DNA from: Anaerolineae bacterium
GTDB lineage: Bacteria > Chloroflexota > Anaerolineae > CG2-30-64-16
NCBI GenBank assembly: GCA_025454565.1
Contig: JALOOE010000014.1
Coordinates: 1 to 27,223, forward strand
Reading direction: 5' to 3'
Length of the DNA stretch: 27,223 nucleotides
The notes under the pieces were generated by a model. It was given only the letters and a program-made list of their open reading frames with translations. It did no database searches and was not told the origin of the DNA. Made by a program: the position numbers and the translations under genes. Numbering within the stretch: the first letter of the stretch is position 1; each line of letters opens with the position of its first letter. Below are positions 7,413 to 15,152 of the stretch, in pieces.

Positions 7413-7509
7413 CGGTGCTGCTGCGAAGCAACACCGCTGCTCCTAGACCCCGCTCACCCTGGCACCCCAACGGATTTCGTCCCGGCGGCGTCTTTTCGAG
7501 GCGCCGCCG
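7413..7509 (+). terminator. Two hairpins downstream of rsfS; the second is a probable terminator
   Basis: 7413-7436: CGGTGCTGCT-GCGA-AGCAACACCG (GNRA loop, one mismatch). 7483-7509: CGGCGGCGTC...GGCGCCGCCG followed by AATTT. Confidence 0.45.
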
Positions 7510-7512
7510 AAT

Positions 7513-7541
7513 TTGACAGCCTGCTTTCTTAAGGGTAGAAT
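7513..7541 (+). promoter_or_regulatory. Sigma70 promoter heading the catabolic cluster
   Basis: TTGACA (7513-7518), 17 nt, TAGAAT (7536-7541). Confidence 0.85.
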
Positions 7542-7549
7542 TTACCTAC

Positions 7550-7582
7550 TCATCAATGATGAGCGTGGTGCACCATTGATGA
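7550..7582. promoter_or_regulatory. Candidate operator (inverted repeat) just downstream of the predicted transcription start
   Basis: TCATCAATG-N15-CATTGATGA, perfect 9-bp arms. Confidence 0.5.
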
Positions 7583-7629
7583 GCTTCAAGACCGAAGTCA
7601 CCTCAATTGAGTCGCAAGGGCGTACTGAC

Positions 7630-8442
7630 ATGACAAGAATGAATCCGCAAGATGGCGTGCGTGCGACGCGAGCCGCACAGATTGAGCGCAGCGATGAGGC
7701 CGAGTATGTTGCTCTGCGCGAACTGAGAACCAACCCGGCGCCCGTGGGATGTTGGCGCATCAAAGCGGTTCTGCACGAGGCCGGCATCGAGATGAGTGAA
7801 GCGACGGCTGGACGGCTGCTGAAGGAGTTCGACTCGCGCGGGCTGACGAGCGTGGTAGGCGCCAAAGGGCGCATTCTCACAAGAGAGGGCGAGCGCCGCG
7901 CCGACAACCTCGAGACCCTGCGGCGTCGCTGGACCTATCAAGATGAGCTGATGGAAGCCATTCGCGCCGAGAAGATCAAGGATATCGAAGACCTCCTCGT
8001 CGCCAGGCGGGCAGTGGAAATCGAAACCGCTCGGTTGGCGGCGCTCCATGCATCCGACGCAGAAATCGAGCAAGTCAAGACTGCTGTCCAGGCGCTCAAG
8101 GATTATTGGCTGGGGGTAGGCGGGGAACGCAATCAGAATCCGGTCATCCACAAGATCATCGCCAAAACCTCCGGCAATCGCGTGTTCGACGCCCTTGTCA
8201 ACCTGCTATATGAGAACAACGAACTGGCACGCACTCTGTGGACCATCCAGCGGGTGATGAAAGCCCTCGATCCTGAAGAGCACGACGACATCCTCGCTGC
8301 GATTGCGGCGCATGACCCGGAACGCGCCGCCACCGCCATGCGCACGCACTTCGACCGGCTGCTCGACGTGGTCAAGCGCTACGGTGAAACGCACACTGAG
8401 CCGCAGGCCGCGATCCAAACCGATGCTGCGCTGACCATGTAG
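7630..8442 (+). CDS. Transcriptional regulator: N-terminal winged helix plus FCD (FadR C-terminal) ligand-binding domain; start uncertain (7579, 7630 or 7639)
   Basis: PVGCWRIKAVL.EAGIEMSEATAGRLLKEFDSRGLT..VG.KGRILT.EG resembles the NrpR/RNase R-type wHTH. FCD-like segments follow: IEDLLVARRAVE...ARLAA, IHKIIAKTSGNRV, EEHDDILAAIAAHDPERAATAMRTH. Confidence 0.8.
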   Translation: MTRMNPQDGVRATRAAQIERSDEAEYVALRELRTNPAPVGCWRIKAVLHEAGIEMSEATAGRLLKEFDSRGLTSVVGAKGRILTREGERRADNLETLRRRWTYQDELMEAIRAEKIKDIEDLLVARRAVEIETARLAALHASDAEIEQVKTAVQALKDYWLGVGGERNQNPVIHKIIAKTSGNRVFDALVNLLYENNELARTLWTIQRVMKALDPEEHDDILAAIAAHDPERAATAMRTHFDRLLDVVKRYGETHTEPQAAIQTDAALTM

Positions 8443-8450
8443 AGGGCGTC

Positions 8451-9491
8451 ATGCAATACACACACCTGGGCCGCAGCGGCGTGACGGTCAGCCGTCTGTG
8501 TCTTGGCACTATGAATTTCGGTGGGGCGGCCGACGAACGGGAAAGTTACGCGATCATGGATCGCGCACTTGAGTTGGGGATCAACTTCTTCGACACGGCC
8601 GATGTATACGGCAACCCGCAGCGCAAGGGGCTGACCGAGGCGCTGATCGGCCGCTGGTTTGCCCAGGGCGGTGGGCGGCGCGAGCGGATCGTCCTGGCAA
8701 CCAAGCTCTTCAGCCCGATCGGCCCCGAGATCAATGATCGCGGCCTGTCCGCCTATCATATCCGCCGTGCCTGCGAAGGCAGCCTGCGCAGGCTGCAAAC
8801 CGACCACATTGACCTCTATCAGATGCACCATATTGATCGCGGCCGGCCCACGACCAGCCAATTGGATTGGTTCGGCGCCGAGCGCGAGCTGGTCTTCCCC
8901 GCGCATCTCGATCCTGCACCGCCGTGGGCAGAGATCTGGCAGGGGATGGAACAGGCGATGCGCGAAGGCAAGATCACCTATGTCGGCAGCAGCAACTTCG
9001 CGGGATGGAACATCGCCCAGGCCAATGAGCGGGCGCGCGGCCGCGGGCTGATCGGTCTGGTGTCGGAACAGAGCGTTTACAGCCTGGCGAAGCGCACCGT
9101 CGAGCTGGAAGTCATCCCGGCCTGTCGCGCCTATGGCGTCGGGTTGTTGCCGTGGAGTCCCCTTGCCGGCGGCTTGCTCGCCGGCGGCCTGGCGCAGGCC
9201 GAAGCGGGCAGCCGCCGCGCGCACAAGAAACTCACACCTGATCAGCAGACGCGAGTGGAGCAGTATGAGGCGTTGTGCCGCGATTTTGGCGAGGAGCCGG
9301 CCGTCGTGGCCCTGGCCTGGCTGTTGCACAATCCGGTCGTGACGGCGCCTGTGATCGGCCCCCGGACGGTGGCGCAACTGGAAGGCGCCGTGAAGGCGCT
9401 GAGCGTGAAGTTGGACGGCGAGACGCTCGACCGGCTGGACAGGATCTGGCCGGGGCCGGGCGGTCAGGCGCCGGAAGCCTACGCCTGGTGA
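8451..9491 (+). CDS. Aldo/keto reductase
   Basis: MQYTHLGRSGVTVSRLCLGTMNFG; catalytic tetrad in DTADVYG, LATK and YQMH; GSLRRLQTDHIDLY, YVGSSNFAG, EQSVYSL, PWSPLAGGLL, PVIGPRT. Confidence 0.93.
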   Translation: MQYTHLGRSGVTVSRLCLGTMNFGGAADERESYAIMDRALELGINFFDTADVYGNPQRKGLTEALIGRWFAQGGGRRERIVLATKLFSPIGPEINDRGLSAYHIRRACEGSLRRLQTDHIDLYQMHHIDRGRPTTSQLDWFGAERELVFPAHLDPAPPWAEIWQGMEQAMREGKITYVGSSNFAGWNIAQANERARGRGLIGLVSEQSVYSLAKRTVELEVIPACRAYGVGLLPWSPLAGGLLAGGLAQAEAGSRRAHKKLTPDQQTRVEQYEALCRDFGEEPAVVALAWLLHNPVVTAPVIGPRTVAQLEGAVKALSVKLDGETLDRLDRIWPGPGGQAPEAYAW

Positions 9492-9528
9492 ACACAACCC
9501 TAATCGACAGGTCGGTGGAGCAGCGAGG

Positions 9529-11778
9529 ATGAACGAAACGACTCTGCGCGAGCTCGGCGAGTGGGCCGCGCTCGGCTTCTACGAAGGGATCGATCTCCCC
9601 CGACCGCGCGGCTATGGCCTGGCCTACCGCCGGCTCTACGAGAACATGTCGATCGCCATCTCGCCGGGACGATACCTGTTTCCGTTCGAACCGCTGCCGC
9701 ACGCGCGGACATGGACGGAGCATGGCGTGTGGACGGCCACCAGCCTGATCCTCGATCACAACCACCACTGCGGACTGCGCGTCAACGACCTCATCGCGGC
9801 CGAGCGCAAACAGCAGTTCCCGCAGCACGCAGCCTTCATCGACGCCTTGACCGCCGACCTCAGGCGCCGGCTCCCCCACTTCGGCGGCTACACCCACAGC
9901 AACCCCGACATGCGCCGTGTGGTGAACGAGGGCTTTGCGGCAATGGTCGCCGAGCTGGACACCGAGCTGGCGCACGTCCAGGCCGGGCAGAACGGGGCCG
10001 GACCGGGCACGCTCGACCTGCTGCTGGCGCTCAAAGATTACGCGGTCGGTGTGGCGGCCTTCCACGGCCGCGCCAGCCAGACGATCCGGCAGGCCGCAGA
10101 CCGGGCGATTGATCCTGACCAACGCCGCAAACTGGCCCTGATCGCCGATGCCTTCGCCCGCTGCTTCGTGACCCCGGCCACCAGCTTCCTGGAGGGCCTG
10201 CTCGCCGTCCATTTCACCTGGCTGCTCGATGGATGCGACAGCATCGGCCGCTTCGACCAGGCGTTGGGACCGCTGTTCGAGCGCGACCTGCAAGAGGGCA
10301 GGTTGGATATCGGCTTCGCCCGCGAACTTCTGGATGAGCTATGGGGCGATTTCGAGCGGTTCAACGGCTGGAACATGCAGATCGGCGGCTTCCGGCCCGA
10401 CGGCGCCGACGGCTGCAACGCGCTCACGCTGGAGTGTATCGCGGCGTGCCAGCGCAACCACCATCGCCGGCCCAACGTCGCGCTGCGCATCACCACGCAG
10501 ACGCCCGATGAGGTTGTCGAGGCTGCGCTGCACGCGCTCGCCGAAGGCAGCGGCCGGCCCGCGCTGTACAACGACGATCTCTACGTGCGCACGCTGGCTG
10601 GCCTCGACCTCGGCCTCACCCGGGAGGACGCGACCGAGATCGGCTTCGGCGGCTGCACCGAGACGATGATCGCCGGCCTCTCCAACTGCGGCAGCCTGGA
10701 AGGGGAGATCAATTTGGCGCTGGCGCTCGAACTGGCGTTATTCGACGGCCGCGATCCGCTGACCGGCAGGCAGGAAGGCCCGCACACCGGCCGTTTCGAG
10801 GAGATGGCGACCTACGCTGAATTCGAGGCCGCGGTGCGCAGGCAGATCCAATACCTGACGGACGGATTCGTCGCGCGCAGCAAAGATGCGCTGGCCCGCC
10901 GCTTCGCCGAGGGGGATCCCAAGCTGCCGCGCACCTTCTTCACGCGCGATTGCGTGAAACGCCACCGCTCGTTCGAAGCCGGCGGCGCGCGGTACAACTG
11001 GGCGGTGGTGTCGTACCAGGGGATCGCGAATCTGATCGATGGCCTGGCCGCGGTGCGGACGTGCGTGTTCGAAAGCCCAGACCTCACCCCCCCATCCCCC
11101 TCTCTTGCGAGGAAAGGAGGGGCAGGCGCAGCAGTTTCCAGGACCGAGCTCCTGGCCGCGCTGCGCGCGGACTTCGATGGCTACGAACTGCTGCGCCGCC
11201 GCTTACAGGCCGCGCCCAAGTTCGGCAACGACGACCCGAGCGTCGACGACCCCGGCGCCGACATCATCCGCTTCGCCTGGGAGCAGCTCCTGGCGCACGA
11301 GACCCCGCGCGGGGGCCGCTACCTGCCCTCGTGCATCCTTTTCGTCACCTACTACGCCGCGGGCCTGCAGATCGGCGCGACGCCCGATGGCCGGTGCGGC
11401 CAGGAGGTGCTGGCCGATTCAGTGGGCCCGGCCCAGGGCCGCGACCGCCACGGGCCGACCGCCATGCTCAACTCCGTGGCGAAGCTGCCGCTCCACCTGG
11501 CAGCCGGCACCCCGGTGCTCAACATCCGCTTCACCAGGACACTGCTGGACGAGCCGGAATCGCTCGGCAAGGTCGTCCAGCTCATCCGCGTCTTCTTCGC
11601 GCGCGGCGGGATGCAGATCCAGCTCTCGGTGCTCGACCGCGAGGCGCTTCTGGCCGCGCAGCGCGAGCCTGAAAAACATCGCGATATCATCGTACGCGTG
11701 GGCGGCTACAGCGAGTATTTCGTCAACCTGAACCCGGCACTCCAGGCGAGCGTGATTGCGCGCGCGGAGCACCACTGA
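9529..11778 (+). CDS. Glycyl radical enzyme (PFL-like superfamily), substrate unknown
   Basis: C-terminal radical motif IIVRVGGYSEYFVNL (RVGGY at 11695-11709), thiyl Cys loop FGGCTE (Cys at 10654-10656), plus SIGRFDQAL, PKFGNDD..VD, GATPDGR, GPTAMLNSV.KL, LNIRF, GGMQIQ. 749 aa. Confidence 0.9.
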   Translation: MNETTLRELGEWAALGFYEGIDLPRPRGYGLAYRRLYENMSIAISPGRYLFPFEPLPHARTWTEHGVWTATSLILDHNHHCGLRVNDLIAAERKQQFPQHAAFIDALTADLRRRLPHFGGYTHSNPDMRRVVNEGFAAMVAELDTELAHVQAGQNGAGPGTLDLLLALKDYAVGVAAFHGRASQTIRQAADRAIDPDQRRKLALIADAFARCFVTPATSFLEGLLAVHFTWLLDGCDSIGRFDQALGPLFERDLQEGRLDIGFARELLDELWGDFERFNGWNMQIGGFRPDGADGCNALTLECIAACQRNHHRRPNVALRITTQTPDEVVEAALHALAEGSGRPALYNDDLYVRTLAGLDLGLTREDATEIGFGGCTETMIAGLSNCGSLEGEINLALALELALFDGRDPLTGRQEGPHTGRFEEMATYAEFEAAVRRQIQYLTDGFVARSKDALARRFAEGDPKLPRTFFTRDCVKRHRSFEAGGARYNWAVVSYQGIANLIDGLAAVRTCVFESPDLTPPSPSLARKGGAGAAVSRTELLAALRADFDGYELLRRRLQAAPKFGNDDPSVDDPGADIIRFAWEQLLAHETPRGGRYLPSCILFVTYYAAGLQIGATPDGRCGQEVLADSVGPAQGRDRHGPTAMLNSVAKLPLHLAAGTPVLNIRFTRTLLDEPESLGKVVQLIRVFFARGGMQIQLSVLDREALLAAQREPEKHRDIIVRVGGYSEYFVNLNPALQASVIARAEHH
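11081..11122. repeat. Palindromic CCCCTCTC...GAGGGG-type element inserted in frame in the GRE gene
   Basis: ACCTCACCCCCCCATCCCCCTCTCTTGCGAGGAAAGGAGGGG encodes DLTPPSPSLARKGG between the conserved VFE and (V)SRTELLAAL segments. Confidence 0.72.
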
Positions 11779-11840
11779 AGGATGCCCCAACGTCCCAACA
11801 ACCCAACATCCGCTTCTCTTGGTCGCTAGAAGGTGCATAA

Positions 11841-12788
11841 GTGATTACGCAGACAGGCCCGTTACAAACCTCGAAGCCATTTTCTGCAAGTGCGTCCGCC
11901 CACCGACCGCGAAGCCATCTGCACCGCCGCGAGGCCATCGAAGGCTTTCTGATGGCGCTCCCGTGGCTGATCGGCTTTCTTCTCTTTACGGCGGGGCCGA
12001 TTACGGCCGCTCTGCTCTTGGGGTTCACTGAGTGGGACATTATCTCACCGCCCAAGTTCGTGGGCTTAGAGAACTGGGTTTCGATATTCACCGAAGACGA
12101 GCTCTTCAGGAAATCCGCAGTCGTCACGCTCACCTATGCGGCGATGGCCGTGCCGCTGCATGTGATCCTGGGCTTTGTCCTCGCCTCGCTCCTGAATAGC
12201 AAAGTGCCGGGCACCAACACCTTTCGTGCAATCTATTATCTGCCGACCGTTTTGCCGCTTGTCGCTACCGCGGTGCTATGGAGTTGGGTACTGAATCCGG
12301 AATTCGGGCTCGTGAACTACATGCTCTCGTTGATCGGCGTTCAAGGACCCGGCTGGCTGACGGATGAGAATTGGTCGCTGCCATCCATTGTGCTGATGAA
12401 CCTGAACTTCATCGGCATCACGGTGGTCATCATGTTGGCCGGTCTGCAACGGGTGCCGCAAGAGATGTATGAAGCCGCGCAACTCGATGGCGCCAACCGC
12501 CGCCAGATTCTGCGTTATGTCACAATTCCCTTCATGTCACCCGTCATCTTCTTCACCATCATCCTCAACCTAAACAACTCGTTCCAGACCTTTACACAGG
12601 CCTATGTGATGACCAACGGCGGGCCGGGCACCTCAACACTGTTCTATATGCTCTATTTGTTCAACAACGCTTTCCGCTATTTCAAAATGGGCTATGCTAA
12701 TGCGTTGGCGCTGGTCTTGTTCCTGACGATCATCACCATCACCATCACGCAGTTCCGCCTCAGCCGTCTCTGGGTCTATTCGGACTAG
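11841..12788 (+). CDS. Carbohydrate ABC transporter permease 1 (CUT1, MalF/UgpA-like)
   Basis: GFLMALPWLIGFLLF, FVGLENW, FRAIYYLP.VLP.VA, LAGLQRVPQEMYEAAQLDGA (EAA motif), VMTNGGP, FRYFKMGYANA. GTG start with AGAAGG upstream. Confidence 0.92.
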   Translation: MITQTGPLQTSKPFSASASAHRPRSHLHRREAIEGFLMALPWLIGFLLFTAGPITAALLLGFTEWDIISPPKFVGLENWVSIFTEDELFRKSAVVTLTYAAMAVPLHVILGFVLASLLNSKVPGTNTFRAIYYLPTVLPLVATAVLWSWVLNPEFGLVNYMLSLIGVQGPGWLTDENWSLPSIVLMNLNFIGITVVIMLAGLQRVPQEMYEAAQLDGANRRQILRYVTIPFMSPVIFFTIILNLNNSFQTFTQAYVMTNGGPGTSTLFYMLYLFNNAFRYFKMGYANALALVLFLTIITITITQFRLSRLWVYSD

Positions 12789-12798
12789 CGGAGGAAAG

Positions 12799-13623
12799 AT
12801 GACAGCCAAATCTATGACAACCGCGTCATGGGGCAGTGCTCGGCAGCTACGTAATGCCTTGCAGCGCGGGGCCGTCCTGCTCTTGTTGATCCTCTTCTCG
12901 GGACCTTTCATTCTGCCGCTCTTCTGGCTGCTGTCAACCGCGTTGAAAGCCCCTGAGCAAGTCTATGTCTATCCGCCGCAATGGATTCCGAACCCCATCC
13001 GGCTGGAAAACTTCCGCGAAGCCTGGACCGCGGCGCCGTTCGGTCGCTATCTCGTGAACACGATCATCACGACGGCGCTACCGCTCATCGGTGAGGTTTT
13101 TGTTTCGGCGTGTGTGGCCTATTCCTTCGCGCGCACCCGCTGGCCGGGACGTGACCTGGCTTTCTCGCTGTGTGTTGCAACGATGTTGATGCCCTGGGTC
13201 GCCACATTCATCCCGGTGTTCCTGTTGTTCAAGACATTGGGCTGGGTTAATACCTTTCTGCCGTTGATTGTGCCATCGTACTTCGGTATCCCCTTCTACA
13301 TCTTCCTGCTGCGGCAGTTTATGCTCACGCTGCCGCACGAGCTGGAGGACGCGGCCCGCATGGATGGCGCCAACACCTTCCAAATCTTCGGACGCATCAT
13401 CCTGCCGTTACTCGGGCCATCGTTGGCTACGGTGGCGATCTTCTCATTCATGAATCACTGGAACAGCTTCATGGGACCGATGATCTACCTGCACAGCCAG
13501 AAGCTCAAAACCCTTTCGCTGGGCCTGGCAACCTTCGAGTCGGCGATGATGGGCACAGGTGGCTCGTATGCGCTGGTCAGTTCGCGGCTACATCTGCTGA
13601 TGGCCGCCGCAGTGTGGTCATGA
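12799..13623 (+). CDS. Carbohydrate ABC transporter permease 2 (MalG-like); last TM helix apparently missing
   Basis: PQWIP, FGRYLVNT, AYSFAR, FLLRQFMLTLPHELEDAARMDGA (EAA motif), WNSFMGPMIYL. Ends abruptly at LMAAAVWS*. Confidence 0.85.
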   Translation: MTAKSMTTASWGSARQLRNALQRGAVLLLLILFSGPFILPLFWLLSTALKAPEQVYVYPPQWIPNPIRLENFREAWTAAPFGRYLVNTIITTALPLIGEVFVSACVAYSFARTRWPGRDLAFSLCVATMLMPWVATFIPVFLLFKTLGWVNTFLPLIVPSYFGIPFYIFLLRQFMLTLPHELEDAARMDGANTFQIFGRIILPLLGPSLATVAIFSFMNHWNSFMGPMIYLHSQKLKTLSLGLATFESAMMGTGGSYALVSSRLHLLMAAAVWS

Positions 13624-13720
13624 AAGGAGGCGCTTCTGCCCAAAACGACGAAGCAGTCCACAAACCTGAATGAACCGAATCCGATCAGCAAAATCACACT
13701 ACCTCAAAAGGAGAGGCATC

Positions 13721-15132
13721 ATGAATCCCAAGAAAAGCTTGTCCCGTCGTCAATTCCTGGTGGGTGTTCAGGCTGCGGCCGTAACCGCAGTCCTGGCGAG
13801 CTGCGCTCCGCAGCCCACTCCCGCGCCGGCGGCAGCCCCCAAGCCGGCCGCGACCGATGCTGCTGCGCCCAAGCCGGCGGCCACCACCGCGCCCGCGCCG
13901 AAGGCGAAGCAGATCGTGCGGTTCACCATGTTCGGGCACCCGAACATGGTCGAGCAGATGGTGCCGCTCTTCAATATGAAGAATCCAGATGTGGAGGTGC
14001 AGTTCGAGCGCAGTGAATCCCAAGGGTATTACGAAAAGCTGCCGGCAGCCATCGCTGGCGGCGGCGCGTGGGATGTCTTCCGCCTGGGTCTCGACTGGGG
14101 CCAACAGTACGGCGGCAAAAATGCCCTGGCGGATATCACCGACCTGGTCAAAGCGGATACGAAGTATCCGGCCAGCGGCTATGTGGATGGTCTGCTGGAC
14201 GCGTGGAAGGTGGCCGAGAAGCAGATCGGCATCCCCGGCTGGACGAACAACTTCTGGCTGTACTACAACAAGAAGTTGTTCGATGAAGCCGGCATCGCCT
14301 ATCCCACGACCAAGACGACGTGGGATGAGTATGTCGAGATGACGAAAAAGCTGACCAAGCGCGACGGCAATACGATCACACAATATGGCGCGGCGGCAAT
14401 ACGATCACACAATATGGCGCGGCGACCTGGGGCGCTTCGATCACGCGCTGCCGGGTGGATGTCTGGAACGCCGGCGCGCCCTTCTGGTACAATGACGATT
14501 TGAAGTCCGTCTCCTTCACCAATCCCACTGCGGTCAAAGTGATGCAGGATGAGGCCGATCTGATGAACGTCCACAAGGTGCATCCCAGCCCGCTGAACCC
14601 GCCCAGCTCGCCGGCTACCATCCTGTCGAAAAAGGTTGCTACTGAAATGATGGGCGACTGGTATGCCTGGGATCAGGTTTCCTCCTGGAGCCCCGATTTC
14701 CAGGTGACGATGCTGCCGCTGCGCGGCGACAAGCGCACCAACCTCTATGTGCATGATGGGTTATGCATCAATGCCCAGTCGAAAGTCCGAGATGCTGCCT
14801 ACAAGTGGATCTCGTGGTGGTCAGCCGATCCTGAGTCGTGGAACATCCAGGGGCCTGTGGTCTTCCCCACCACCAAGAAGATGTACGAAGATCCAACGCT
14901 GCGGGCACTGTGGGCCCGGTCGCCGCGGCCACAGACGATGATTGACCTGGCCATGGAGCACGTGAAATACGCTAAGGTCAACCGGTTGGGGATCGAAGCG
15001 GCGCAGATGACTAACGAGGTCTGGAATCCGGAGATCGACAACCTCTGGCGCGCCAAGGTGACGGCTCAGCAGGCGATGGATACCATCCAGACCAAAGCCA
15101 CCGATCTGATGAAAAAGACGCGCGGCTCTTGA
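13721..15132 (+). pseudogene. Sugar ABC transporter substrate-binding lipoprotein (Tat signal), split by a 29-nt tandem duplication
   Basis: ATG 13721 with GGAGAGG SD. SRRQFL twin-arginine motif, lipobox LASC, PAT linker, WLYYNKKLFDEAGIAYP..TWDEY. Continues in another frame (DVWNAGAPFW...KATDLMKKTRGS*). Removing one repeat copy gives a single 460-aa ORF. Confidence 0.88.
14365..14422 (+). repeat. Perfect 29-nt tandem duplication
   Basis: CGGCAATACGATCACACAATATGGCGCGG at 14365-14393 and again at 14394-14422. Confidence 0.97.
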
Positions 15133-15152
15133 GGCAGACCGAGTCACTGACG

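Noticed and set aside
9529-11778. Call as pyruvate formate-lyase (pflB)
   Set aside because: It has a single active-site Cys (GGCTE), not the adjacent Cys-Cys pair of true PFL.
13800-13905. Repeated AAAPKPAAT peptide in the SBP and the PAT-rich stretch in ThiB
   Set aside because: Ordinary low-complexity lipoprotein tether; useful only as a taxonomic hint.
14365-14422. 29-nt repeat as a CRISPR mini-array or IS target-site duplication
   Set aside because: The copies are directly adjacent with no spacer or inserted element, and the unit is ordinary SBP coding sequence.
11841-15132. Absence of an ATPase gene for the sugar ABC transporter
   Set aside because: CUT1 systems commonly share a MalK/MsmX-type ATPase encoded elsewhere; not unusual.
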